Assembly: GCF_006345805.1 (NCBI RefSeq)
Contig: NC_043002.1
Location: forward strand, 109,554,001 to 109,618,000
DNA length: 64,000 nt
Source of the DNA: Octopus sinensis
Taxonomy: Eukaryota
Reading direction: 5' to 3'
In this document: piece after piece, positions 40,151 through 51,468 of the stretch
Layout: every line of letters begins with the position of its first letter
Position numbering within the stretch: position 1 is the stretch's first letter
The notes under the pieces: generated by a model
The model's database searches: none
The model's input: the letters and a program-made list of their open reading frames with translations, nothing else
Told to the model about the DNA's origin: nothing
Program-made: the position numbers and the translations under genes

Positions 40151-40290
40151 CATCGAAAAATACTTTAGGAATGAGAACCCTGGTTCGAAATTTTCCCAAG
40201 ACACCTGATGAAGGCTGGAGGGTATATCAGACGAAACGTTGTGCTAACAACAAACAAGACTAGGATAAATATCTGTCAAACGTAAATAAA
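39673..40290. mobile_element. Head-to-head palindromic tRNA-SINE-like element with hammerhead motifs in both arms
   Basis: Centre CGCCATATGCC-TGT-GGGCATATGGCG; B-box at 40036-40044 (-); HHR at 39907-39952 (-) and 40200-40245 (+). Confidence 0.8.
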
Positions 40291-40620
40291 GTTGGCCTCT
40301 ATAGTTGCTTCTTTGCAAAGCATCTGATTTTCCCTTGCAGCAGATGGTGATTATCCTGCTACAGTTCCTTATGTTCTTTGATGTCTTACACCAGGGACTG
40401 ATTCCAGCTCCACTTAGCCACGCTTTTAGCATCTCACCAATGAAACCTGATGGAGCTGTTACTCACTCTTCTTCATATCCATAACTATTGTGACTCTGCT
40501 TATTGCACTCTTCAATAGCTGATGCCTCTGTTGGGTATATTAAGGGTACTTTCTCCTCCCACACGTTTATCATTCTAAGTCTTTCTTCTCGTCTTTGGTA
40601 AGGGGGAACACACTGCTGTC
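40290..40620 (-). mobile_element. RTE-like RT fragment
   Basis: KGKSDALQRSNYRG motif; degenerate. Confidence 0.55.
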
Positions 40621-40654
40621 ATTTTGAGCACACTTCCCCCGCAAGTCTTGATTT

Positions 40655-40872
40655 AATCTATTTCTTTACTACCCACAGAGAGGTCAAAGAAGGACAGACA
40701 AACGGATCAAGTCGATTATATCGACCTCAGTGTGTAACTGGTACCTGTTTAATCGACCCCGAAAGGATGAAAGGCAAAGTTGACCTCGGCGGAAGTTGAA
40801 GTCAGAACGTAGCGGCAGACGAAATACCGTTTAAGCATTTCGCCCGGCGTGCTAACGTTTCTGCCAGCTCGT
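40655..40872 (-). mobile_element. SINE family A
   Basis: Reverse match. Confidence 0.85.
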
Positions 40873-41109
40873 CTTGATTAAACCCGACATACAACTTTAC
40901 AATCCAAATACCGTAGACTCCTCCTCTTCTCATTGATGACGGTTCATTCCCGAGGTCTGTTCTCTGTATCTGAAAGCAAGTGTGCAATCAGATGATGACA
41001 ATCATCAGGTTCTTGCACATAGGCCTTACCACCAAAGTACCCCACTAACAAATGCGCCGATACCAGTAATACACTGGTGTTATTTAACTCCAGGTAAGCA
41101 GTGAATGAG

Positions 41110-42018
41110 TACTCTTTTACTTGTTTCAGTCATTTGACTGTGACCATGCTGGAGCACTGCCTTTAGTCGAGCAAATCAACCCCAGGACTTATTCTTTGTA
41201 AGCCTAGTACTTATTCTATCGTTCTCTTTTGCTGAACCGCTAAGTTACAGGGATGTAAACACACCAGCATCGGTTGTCAAGCGATGTTGGGGGGGCAAAC
41301 ACAGACACACATATATATATATATACACATACATATATACGACGGACTTCTTTCAGTTTCCATCTCCAAATCCACTCACAAGGCTTTGGTTGGCCCGACG
41401 CTATAGTACAAGACACTTTGCCCAAGGTGTCCCGCAATGGGACTGAACCCGGAACTATGTGGTTGGTAAGCAAGCTACTTACCACACAGCCACACCTGCG
41501 CCTATATATATATTTTTTTTTTATAAGAGAAGAATGAAACTTAAGGAAAATTTTGTTGTTTAATTTTGGTCTGTTGAGTGACAACATTGAGGTTTGTGTG
41601 ATGAACTGGGTTAATTTAATACATAGGTACGAGTGCAGCTGTGGTAGGAAACCTGCTTTCAACCACCTGGTTCTGGGTTCAGATTAACTAAATGGCACCT
41701 TGGGCAAGTGACTTCTGCTATAGCTTCAAGCAGACCAAAACCTTGTGAGTGGATTTCATAGATGGAAACTGAAGGAAGCTTGTTGTGTGTGTGTGTGTAT
41801 ATCTTTGTGTCTGTGTTTGTCCAACCACCACTGCTTGGCAACTGGTGCTACTGTATTTCCATCCCTGTAACTTAGCAGTTCACCAAAAGAGACTGATAGA
41901 ATAAACACCAGGCTCAAAAAGGAAGAACTAAACACTAGCGTTGATTCGATCAACTGATAGTTCTTCAGGGTAGTGCCCCAGCATGGTCGTAGCCTAATGA
42001 CCGAAACAAGTAAAAAAC
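41110..42018. mobile_element. Two family B SINEs in opposite orientation (41110-41500 minus, 41628-42018 plus)
   Basis: Matches to family B; lie just downstream of the SAE1 stop. Confidence 0.8.
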
Positions 42019-42104
42019 AGAAGACAAAGCTAGCAACCTTGAAATGGAAGGGGAAAAGAAAAGCGAAAACCATAATTCGATGATGAATAAATGAGATGAA
42101 AACG

Positions 42105-42110
42105 TTTATT
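42105..42110 (-). promoter_or_regulatory. Candidate SAE1 polyadenylation signal (AATAAA)
   Basis: TTTATT on + strand about 80 nt downstream of the stop; not verified by transcripts. Confidence 0.4.
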
Positions 42111-42191
42111 TCTGATGAAATGACAGCAAAGAGAATGGATTTGTGCCAGGAGAAGGAATGGTCAGGGAAAGAAGGGCGTCTGTTGGGTTCT

Positions 42192-42278
42192 TTAACCAAT
42201 TTGTTCCACCAGCCCAGTTCCGTTGATTCCATCAAAGAAGAAAAAGTTGTTGTGGGGTTTGTCTTTCTGTGAGACAGC
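42192..42278 (-). CDS. SAE1: SAE1 exon 9, coding part (AVSQKDKPHNNFFFFDGINGTGLVEQIG*)
   Basis: Acceptor TTTCAG|; PHNNFFFFDG motif; TAA at 42194-42192. Spliced CDS is 1023 nt, 340 aa, with no internal stop. Confidence 0.95.
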   Translation of the reverse strand, partial: AVSQKDKPHNNFFFFDGINGTGLVEQIG

Positions 42279-42659
42279 CTGAAAAGACAAACAGACAGAA
42301 TGAGAGTTTACAAATGAATGATGAAGTTGAATATCTAAAGCAGGGAGGGGTGCCTTTTCCTCAACTGGGGGCCCGCATTGTACCATTTCCAAGTGGTAGA
42401 GGGCCGCATGATAAAACACATATGCATGAAATATTACTTGCCCGCTTTACACTGAATGTTTTTGAAGATCTTCTTCATTTAATTTGCCTCAGTATGAAAT
42501 TAGTAAGCTAGAAACTCGTCGAGGGCCACATACGGCCTGCAGGTTGCCCATGCATGATCTTTAAGTTTGGGAGGTCAAAGGTGAGGGGTGAACCACTTGA
42601 ACCCTGTGCTACTGAACACTGTGTAGATAGAGATTCATAGGTGTGTAGAGCAAATGTAT

Positions 42660-43225
42660 ACATCATCATCATCATCATCATCATTTAGCGTCCGCTTTCC
42701 ATGCTAGCATGGGTTGGACGGTTCAACTGGGGTCTGGGGAGCCCGAAAGCTGCACCAGTCCAGTCAGATCTGGCAGTGTTTCTACAGCTGGATGCCCTTC
42801 CTAACGCCAACCACTCCGAGAGTGTAGTGGGTGATTTTATGTGCCACCGACACAGGTGCCAGACGAGGCTGGCAGACGGCCACGCTCGGATGGTGTTTTT
42901 TTTATGTGCCACCGACACAGGTGCCAGACGAGGCTGGCAGACGGCCACGCTCGGATGGTGTTTTTATGTGCCACCGACACAGGTGCCAGACGAGGCTGGC
43001 AGACGGCCACGCTCGGATGGTGTTTTTATGTGCCACCGACACAGGTGCCAGATGAGGCTGGCAAACGGCCACGATCGGATGGTGCTTGTTACGTGCCCAC
43101 AGCACGGAGGCCAGTCGATGCGGTACTGGCTACGGCCACGTTCGGATGGTTTTCTTATGTGCCACGTGCCACCGGCACTGGTACCACAAAGATACAAATT
43201 CCATTGATGTTCATCTATTTTGATT
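42660..43225 (-). mobile_element. SINE family C with four ~62-bp tandem units (SAE1 intron 8)
   Basis: Units start at 42841, 42906, 42968 and 43030. Confidence 0.85.
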
Positions 43226-43687
43226 TGTTATGTATATATATTATGGGTACATAATGGTGTATGTGTTGGGTCTACATAAATGTATGATTGCATACATGTG
43301 AATGTGTGTGTGTATCAGGGACGTGCCACTTGGGTAGGCAAGGTAGGCAAGGTAGGCAGTGCCTACTTTGAATAAAATGGGTCGATAGCAACATTTTCCT
43401 TTCATGGCAAAATATGCACCTAATTCAGTAAAATTACGAAGGCTACTCTGATTAATATGCATAAAATGGAAAATATTTTATTGTTTTGTAGATTAGGTAG
43501 ACAAAATTCACCCCTGCTATTCAATCTCAATATTTAAGCTACATATAGTACTTCTGTAGTACACGTGCTGTGTACACTCCTACGTTTTCTTTATGTGCAC
43601 ACCTGTATTTTGCTTATTTTTTGTGTGTTTTACTATATAAAGGTCACCCTGAGTAATTACTGATGGCACACACACACACACACACAC

Positions 43688-43885
43688 ATAATATGAGACA
43701 ATTAGTTGGTTGCCATAATAAAACTCAGAGTTTTGGATGCTGGGGCTGAAGTCTGCTCCGGCATCACATCAGTCATTAAGACAAAGGTTTATCTTAATGA
43801 CTGATGAGATACCAGAGCAGTTTTCAGCCCTGGCATCTGAAACTCTGAGTTTTATTATCACAACCGACTAATTGTCTCATATTAT
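43688..43885. repeat. Foldback (43688-43782 and 43791-43885) with hammerhead-like motifs, SAE1 intron 8
   Basis: + arm reads AATGA-CTGATGA-GATACCAG...CTGGCATC-T-GAAA-CTC-T-GAG-TT-TTATT at 43796-43856. Confidence 0.8.
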
Positions 43886-44269
43886 ATTTATAGATAAATT
43901 CCTCTATTTTACATAATATCGAAGTCTTATACATTCTTTTGTTGTCATATTATTATTATCAATAATGTATATATTTATAAAAATATATAAATATAAGGTC
44001 CAGGGATTGAGGTGAGGGAAGAAAATTAGCTTAAAGCAATCCGTAATAAACATAAAAAACAACTTTCAGGGACAATAGTGGTTTATTGAGATGGAAGGTT
44101 GTGGATTTTTTTCATATTGAGGTATGATAAACTGTAAAAAAGATTCCGATTGACTTTTCCATGCATTAATATCTCCCTCTTTGCGACAATGTAAACTTTC
44201 ATTTAATCAAGATATCCTTGGTCTGAAGAGTAGCCTGCAGTATACACCTCGCTTGGGTACTCAATACTT

Positions 44270-44535
44270 TTGAGGTTCCATTCGCTTGAAGCATATGTAA
44301 CCTGGAGTAAATCAACTCCATTCTGTAACTCTTGTGCTGGTGGCATGTAAAAAAAAACACCCACTACACTCTTGGAGTGGTTGGCATTAGGAAGGGCATC
44401 CAGCTATAGAAATCTTATCAAATCAGATCGGAACCTGGTGCAGCTCCACAGCTTACCAATTTCCAGTCAAACCATCCAACCCATGCCAGCATGGAAAATG
44501 GACATTAAATGATGATGATGATGATGATGATGATA
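44270..44535 (+). mobile_element. SINE family C
   Basis: Core and (GAT)n tail. Confidence 0.8.
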
Positions 44536-44758
44536 TATGGGGGAGGAGAAAGAGAGGGTGTGACTCAAGCTGCAAATCTCCAAAACCTGGGCTAACAGGT
44601 GGTAAGATGAATATGCGAGTAATTTGGCAGAGAACATACCTGGTGGTATTTAATTCCAGTCCTGCCAAGGCAAACATGGCCTTTCACCATCTCCTTTCAT
44701 TGATCAGAAAGGACAAAAAGAGAAACGAGAGACGAATAAAGAATGCTGAAACACTTAC

Positions 44759-44828
44759 CTTAATGATTTCTTGGCTGAGGACTCCACCCACAATGGCAGA
44801 AACAGGACACAGTTCAGCAAAACAATGG
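44759..44828 (-). CDS. SAE1: SAE1 exon 8 (HCFAELCPVSAIVGGVLSQEIIK)
   Basis: Acceptor TTTTAG|, donor AAG|GTAAGT; 70 nt; conserved P..A.VGG.L.QE.IK motif. Confidence 0.95.
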
Positions 44829-45135
44829 CTAAAAGACAGAGCGAGAGAGAAGAAAGAGTGAATTCAGGCTGATATATATATATATTGTAGATAGCATCAG
44901 GTGTAAAGCCTTTAATCACTCCAACATAACAATGGTTGACTATGATTGAGTGAATGAGAGATCTTTTAGGTCATTCACATGATCAACTAATAACTAAGGT
45001 CAGTCACATGACAAGTTCATAGCAAGGGATGGTCACATGACCAGCTTATAGAGTAACCATATAATTACTAAAAGACAGAAGTTTAATCAACTGATTAAAA
45101 ATAATGTCAATCTAATCACTTAAAAGACACAGTCT

Positions 45136-45323
45136 TTTACTTGTTTCAGTCATTTGAGTGTGACCATGCTGGAGCACTGCCTTTAGTCGAGCAAATCGAC
45201 CGCAGGACTTATTCTTTGTAAGCCTAGTACTTATTCTATCGTTCTCTTTTGCTGAACTGCTAAGTTATGGGGATGTAAACACACCAGCATCGGTTGTCAA
45301 GCGATGTTGGGGGGCAAACACAG

Positions 45324-45375
<52 letters not shown>

Positions 45376-45410
45376 ATATATACGACGGACTTCTTTCAGT
45401 TTCCATCTCC
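45136..45410 (-). mobile_element. SINE family B (partial)
   Basis: Reverse match. Confidence 0.8.
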
Positions 45411-46214
45411 AAATACACTCACAAATGTCAACAATTTTTGCAGATTAGAATATATTTTAGAGTCTCTTGTTAGTATATTGAGTGGCTGCACCCTAAATAC
45501 ATCCATAAAGATTGACTAATTAATGAAAAGCGGCCCTAAATGATGAAGTCCTACTCCCCAAATTTTAGTAGTTGGTCCATGCAGAATTATTCTACAGTGT
45601 AATTTTATTTTACCTGTGATAAAAATACACGTCCAACAGATGGAGAATAAGCCATAATTATTGATTACTACGTTATTCAAGTTAATAAACCTTTTGTGAT
45701 GTATAAATAGATTTCTTTCATGCCCTTGGTAGCAAAATGTGTGTGTGTGGGCACAGCTTAGAGGCTTAGAGGGGACAGTGCTTATAACTTCATTACAACG
45801 ACAACAACAGCACAAAACAAGCGAGTGTGCTTGCACATGTGGACAGCTTAGAGGCTTAACTGACACAATGCCAACAACCATCACCACTAATACTACTACC
45901 ACTACTATTAACAGGGATGAAGACAGGCAAATATCTATGGCAACATACTCCCTACAGGCACTGGACAAACATTTAACAGCAGGAAACTGGATCTAACCTG
46001 CCCCCGACTGTTCTACTCCATTTACAAACACTACCGCACTGCACCATCTTCCTGAATAAGCTCACTTGGCCACACCCCTGTATTGCACCATTCCACATAC
46101 AATGGCCCCACTATCGTAGTGTGTTAAACGTGACCAGAACTGAGAAACATGGTCATGTCTAGTGTTGGTGGTAAGTTATCCTACACCAGTTTCGCATAAC
46201 CAGCCCAAGCCCAT

Positions 46215-46640
46215 TCAAAAGTACCTTGGATCATAGGGTGACATGCTGTGCTTGAGGAGACCTATTGAGTCAAGTACATCAAAATCAAAATGAAAATCAA
46301 ATGGAAATTGTAGTTGTGATCTTGGTGCCGGTGGCACGTAAAAAGCACCATCCGAATGTGGCTGGTGTCAATGCCGTTTTGACAGGCTTCCATGCCGGTG
46401 ACACGCAAAAAGCGCCAACTGATCGTGGTCGTTGCCAGCCTCCTCTGGCCCCTGTGCCAGTGGCACGTAAAAAGCACCCACTACACTAACGGAGTGGTTG
46501 ACGTTAGCAAGGGCATCCAGCTGTAGAAACACCGCCAGATCACATTGGGCCTTGGTGCAGCCTCCTGGCTTCCCAGAACCCCAGTTGAACCGTCCAACCC
46601 ATGCTAGCATGGGAAACGGACGTTAAATGATGATGATGAC
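46215..46640 (+). mobile_element. SINE family C
   Basis: Core and tail. Confidence 0.8.
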
Positions 46641-46830
46641 CTGTTGAGAGTAAATGTTAGTGAAATCTGTCCCACATCACCAAGGTAATAAGGGGGGGGG
46701 CTGCTTAACATAACAGAGTTGTATAAAGAATGGCTAACAGAATAGAAATGCTGAGGACTGTCCAACTCAATGTAGGCGGGGGCTGACCAGCATAGCAGTG
46801 AGAGGACTCAGGGTTGGCCACAACAATTAC

Positions 46831-46975
46831 CTGACAAAATAGTCTGTGAGAACTTCTTGCTTTACTGACAAACTCTCCAATACTTCAGTCCGTAGCTTCA
46901 TCAACTCCTCCATATCTGAAGTTTTCGATTTAACTGATGGATGTCGACCATGTTTCTCCAGGAATTTCAGCATCA
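46831..46975 (-). CDS. SAE1: SAE1 exon 7 (VMLKFLEKHGRHP...VLTDYFVS)
   Basis: Acceptor CTTTCAG|, donor CAG|GTAATT; 145 nt; F...GR-P motif. Confidence 0.92.
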
Positions 46976-47010
46976 CTGAAAGTAATAATAATAATAATAA
47001 TAATAATAAT

Positions 47011-47446
47011 CTGGGATATGCCAATACACACTGATAGAGAAATTAAGGCTAATAGGCCAGATATAGGTGTCAGAGATCACCAAGGAAAAAAAATGCTTTC
47101 TAACTGATGTATCAATACCAACAGATGACAATGTTTCTCTAAAAGAAACGGAGAAACTTTCAAAATACAAAAATTTGGAAATAGAGGTAACTCAAATGTG
47201 GAGTCTAAAAACAGAAACAATTCCTATCATAGTAGACACATTAGGTATTATGAAAAAATATTCAGACAAATACATAACAAAAACACTTGTAAGTCCTGAC
47301 TTACAAGTATATATAACATACAGAAAATAGCACTACTAGGCACCGCACACATCCTATGTAAAACACTTTCAATACTGTGAAAATAAGAGCATCACAACAA
47401 ACCACAGCACATACCCAAGGCACACAGCTGCACTCGGTAGTGCAAA
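47011..47446 (+). mobile_element. 5'-truncated R4/Dong copy between TAA tracts, SAE1 intron 6
   Basis: Matches 9150-9570 (LWDM..HTDREIKANRPD...EKLSKYK); (TAA)n at 46983-47010 and about 47447-47463. Confidence 0.9.
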
Positions 47447-47885
47447 TAATAATAATGATAATAAACTCAACTGGCTGTGTGGTTAAGAAGTTTGCTTCAC
47501 TACCACATGGTTTTAGGTTCAGTTCCACAGTGCAGCACCTTGCACAAGTGCCTTTCACTGTTACTCTGGGTCAAACAATGCCTTGTAAGTAGATAAGGTC
47601 AATAGAAATTGTATTAGCTGACGTTCTAGATGCAAACTTGGGGCAATAGTAGATATATATATGTATTTGGTGTGTCATTATATGGTTGACCATCCTAAGA
47701 GAAATAGCAGTTAAATACCTGGGATATGTAATTCTAGCCATTGCATGCCTGAAACTAAGATTTGATGGTCATGGATGGAATGCATTTGATCACAGGTTTG
47801 TTGGGTTATAGTCGTTAATTTGAAGCTGAATAATGACACTAAGAGGATAGGTAAGTTTTTAGCAATAAAATATAACAAATGTTAC

Positions 47886-47991
47886 CTTGCATGATAAAAT
47901 AAACCTTTGCAGTCCTCTTCAGGCGCTTTTGGTTCTCCTCAGTGCTCCAGTCAAACTTTAGTGCAGACTCAAACCGGACAAACTCACTTGA
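47886..47991 (-). CDS. SAE1: SAE1 exon 6 (SSEFVRFESALKFDWSTEENQKRLKRTAKVYFIMQ)
   Basis: Acceptor TTGCAG|, donor AAG|GTAACA; 106 nt. Confidence 0.92.
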
Positions 47992-48144
47992 CTGCAACAG
48001 AAAACCATCAATGGGTGTTAGGTAGGGGAAAGGGTTTGTGACGAAGCAAAACACCTTCACAACCATAAACTTCTCAACTGCGAAAGCATCGGATCCCACA
48101 GGGCCAGCTGGTAAGAAGAGGGGCTTAAAATAGGGTGAAGAGTA

Positions 48145-48345
48145 TTTCTATTTCTTTATTGCCCACAGGGGGCTAAACACAGGGGGGACAAACAAGGACA
48201 GTCAAAGGGATTAAGTCGATTACATTGACTCCAGTGCGTAACTGGTACTTATTTGATCAACCCCTGAAAGGATGAAAGACAAAATCGACCTCGGTGGAAT
48301 TTGAGCTCAGAACGTAACGGAAGATGAAATACTGCTAAGCATCAA
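48145..48345 (-). mobile_element. SINE family A
   Basis: Reverse match. Confidence 0.8.
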
Positions 48346-48558
48346 CATTATTCCTCATTCATCCATCATTTTTAAATCTGTATTTCTGTGCTTTAAGGGC
48401 ATCTAGCTGTAGAAAACTACACCAATCAGATTGGAGTCTGGTACAGCCTTCCAGCTAACCAGCCCTGGCCAAACTGTCCAACACATGCCAGCATGGACAA
48501 CGGATGATGATGATGATGATGAAGATGAAGATGATGACCCTAAAAGAATGTAAGTTAA

Positions 48559-48769
48559 CCCTTTCGTTACTGTATTTATTTTGAGATACTCTGTGTTTCT
48601 TTCAATTACTTTAAATATAACAAAAAATTTACTAAAATGACTTAGTTATCATTCAGCTAGTGATAGGAACATAAATTGTGACTAAGGTTTGGTGGAAGAT
48701 TTTAATTCAAAATTTATGAAAACAAGACATTTATTCTAAAGAGCCAGAACCAGTTTGGTAACGAAAGGG
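48559..48769. mobile_element. piggyBac-type MITE (family 2)
   Basis: TTAA|CCCTTTCG...CGAAAGGG|TTAA; copies at 50809-51224 and 54542-54762. Confidence 0.8.
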
Positions 48770-49031
48770 TTAAAGCTAAGCTCAAAATGTAAAGATGGAT
48801 GAAATACTGCTTAGCATTTTCTCTGGTATATGAACAATTCTTGCAGTAACAAGAGTAAAGCAGTTATCAAAGCTAAATATACAATATCTAAGATGCTCAT
48901 TGAGACGAAACCTGAATTATTTCAAGACAAATCATCGTAATTGACAGGATGAGAGCAAAGTTGTAAACGTGAAACAAAAAAAAAAAAAGTGAGTTTCAAA
49001 TAAAAATGATCTATTTTGCCTTCATCCATAC

Positions 49032-49071
<40 letters not shown>

Positions 49072-49084
49072 AATAATAATACAT

Positions 49085-49450
49085 TCACGGAGTGGTTGGC
49101 GTTAGGAAGGGCATCCAGCTGTAGAAACATTGCCAGATCAGACTGGAGCATGGTGCAGCCTTCTGGCTTCCCAGATCCCCGGTCGAACCGTCCAACCCAT
49201 GCTAGCATGGAGAACGGACGTTAAACGATGATGAAGGCGGTGAGCTGGCAGAATCGTTAGCACGTAGGACAAAATGCTTAGCAGTATTTCGCCGGTTGCT
49301 ACATTCTGAGTTCAAATTCCACTGAGCTCGATATTACCTTTCATCCTTTCAGGGTCGATAGATTAAGTACCAGTTAAATACTGGGGGGTTGATGTAATCA
49401 ACTCATCTTCTCGCACAAAATCGCTGCCCTTGTGGCAAAATTTGAAACCA
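49085..49450 (+). mobile_element. Family C SINE 3' part followed by a family A SINE
   Basis: Sequence matches. Confidence 0.75.
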
Positions 49451-49619
49451 TTATTATTATTGTGTGTGTGTGTGTGTGTGTGTGTCTGATAGTACACACA
49501 ATTTTTTATGTTTGTATAAAGGAAGACAGAGAGGGAGAGTGTTAAATGGAAGTCATGTGACTGATTTCTCCATCACACCTCTTTTCTCATATTTATAGAG
49601 AAGAGAGGAGATACATTAA

Positions 49620-50230
49620 TGTAGGGGCAGTAGTAGGGTGGAGAGACATTTATGTAGAGGCGGTGGGAGGAAGGACTATCATAAAGCTGGTAGAGGTGGT
49701 GGGAGAAGAGACATTTATGTAGCAGTGGTGGGAGGAGTGACACAAACGTAGACGTGGTGGGAGGAGATATGTGGCAGAGGTGGAGGAGGGAAAGACATTA
49801 ACTTGGTGGTGATAAGAGGAGTAACATTAAAGTGTGGGTGGTAGGACAGATAGACATTAACATAGAGTTGGTGGGAGGAGAGATTTTTATGTAGCAGTGG
49901 TAAGAGGAGATCTGTTAATATAGTGGTGGTGGTGGAGGGAGATACATTAACATATAGCTGGTGGGAGGAGAGAGAATTACGCAGAGGTGGCAAGAGAGAT
50001 GTTAACATAGTGGCAGTGGAGGGAGGGACATTAATGTAGACAGGGCGGGAGGCAAAACAATTAGCATAAAGGTGGTAGTGATGGTGGGAGGAGAGAGAAT
50101 TATGCAGAGGTGGTAAGAGAGATGTTAACATAGTGGCAGTGGAGGGAGGGACATTAATGTAGACGGAGTGGGAGGCAAAACAATTAGCATAAAGGTGGTA
50201 GTGATGGTGGGAGGAGACATTAATCAGGCG
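49620..50230 (+). repeat. Purine/G-rich degenerate minisatellite, SAE1 intron 5
   Basis: Repeated GGTGGGAGGAGAGACATTAA-like units; ~123-bp higher-order duplication. Confidence 0.8.
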
Positions 50231-50285
50231 ACAAATAGGGGGGTAACGGTGAGAGTGACAGAAGAAACTAGACGGAATCACCTAC

Positions 50286-50388
50286 ATTTTTGACAACAAC
50301 GGTTTCCATGGCAATTTTAGCCTTCTTCTCTTTGGGTTCACCATTCTCACTTTCTTCTGTTTCCTTGGGTTTGGGTTTGGGAATTTCT
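50286..50388 (-). CDS. SAE1: SAE1 exon 5 (EIPKPKPKETEESENGEPKEKKAKIAMETVVVKN)
   Basis: Acceptor CTTTCAG|, donor AAT|GTAGGT; 103 nt; charged linker with basic KKAK patch; phases fit exons 4 and 6. Confidence 0.9.
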
Positions 50389-50808
50389 CTGAAAGACACA
50401 AGCGCAGTAAAGCGTGTACACAAAGATGCAACAGCAACATGACCAAGGGTATGAGAACCACATTATCTAATAAAGTCCTTCTATTTTCAAGGAAGTGGGG
50501 TGTGATTTGAAGAGCATTTGGCTTCTATATTTAGCGCGTTGAATGACCATATAAAATTTGGCTAAGTCTGAAAATGTATTTGCAGAAGGTGGTGATGGGG
50601 GCTGAACTATGGTAGCAACTGTGCTGGAGAAGTTAATTGTAAATCATGACTGTGATGACGAGGTGGATTAGAAGGAGACGATGAAGTGCAGCTGTTTGGA
50701 TGCTGAGTGGAAACTGAACCAGTTCTGGGGGACAGTACTTTTTGGTGGTGGAGGCAAATGCAGAGAGACATATGGAGGGAGTGGAGGAGTGACATCACAT
50801 TATATTAA

Positions 50809-51224
50809 CCCTTTTGTTATCAACCCGGCTGAAACCAGCTCTGGCTTTGTAGCACAAATGTCTTGTTTTCAAAAGTTTTGAATTAAAATCTTCCACCAAA
50901 CCTTAGTCACAATTTATGTTCCTAACACTAGTTTAATGATAACTAAGTTATTTTACTAAATTCTTTGTTATATTTAAAGCAATTGAAACTTCCATGCTTC
51001 CTGAGATTCGCCAACACTACACCTGATTTTCTCCGCTCCATACACACGCAAGCATGTATCTGACTCATACACTGTTCACTTTCCAGACATTTGTACATTA
51101 CTGCATATTCTTTATACGCACTTTTGACAAGTTGTGGTGCACCTGAGCACTGTATACAATAATTTCATTATTATTATTATTTTGAAACACAGAGCATCTC
51201 AAAATAAATACAGTAATGAAAGGG
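50809..51224. mobile_element. piggyBac-type MITE with an inserted CR1-like 3' end (about 50985-51182)
   Basis: TTAA flanks; the insert matches 61075-61268. Confidence 0.8.
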
Positions 51225-51468
51225 TTAATTAATCATGATTGACATAAAGACTCCCTCTCCTTATACGCACAAAGAGAAATATGCCCATGTACATAAACAG
51301 GGAGATCAAGCGAGAGGAAAGTTAAGATGTCTGATGTCGAATAAGTCTGTATTGAATCAGTAGCGCCAAAGAGGCAGCACCAAAACAGCTGTGCCAAAAT
51401 GTCCCAAACCTGAAGTGGAGAATTGTGATGATGATGATGATGATGATGACTAACAACAGGGTACTTAC

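Noticed and set aside
42830-43080. CRISPR-like array
   Set aside because: Contiguous tandem units with no unique spacers, inside a SINE, in eukaryotic DNA.
49715-50281. 188-aa repetitive ORF
   Set aside because: Translation of the intronic minisatellite.
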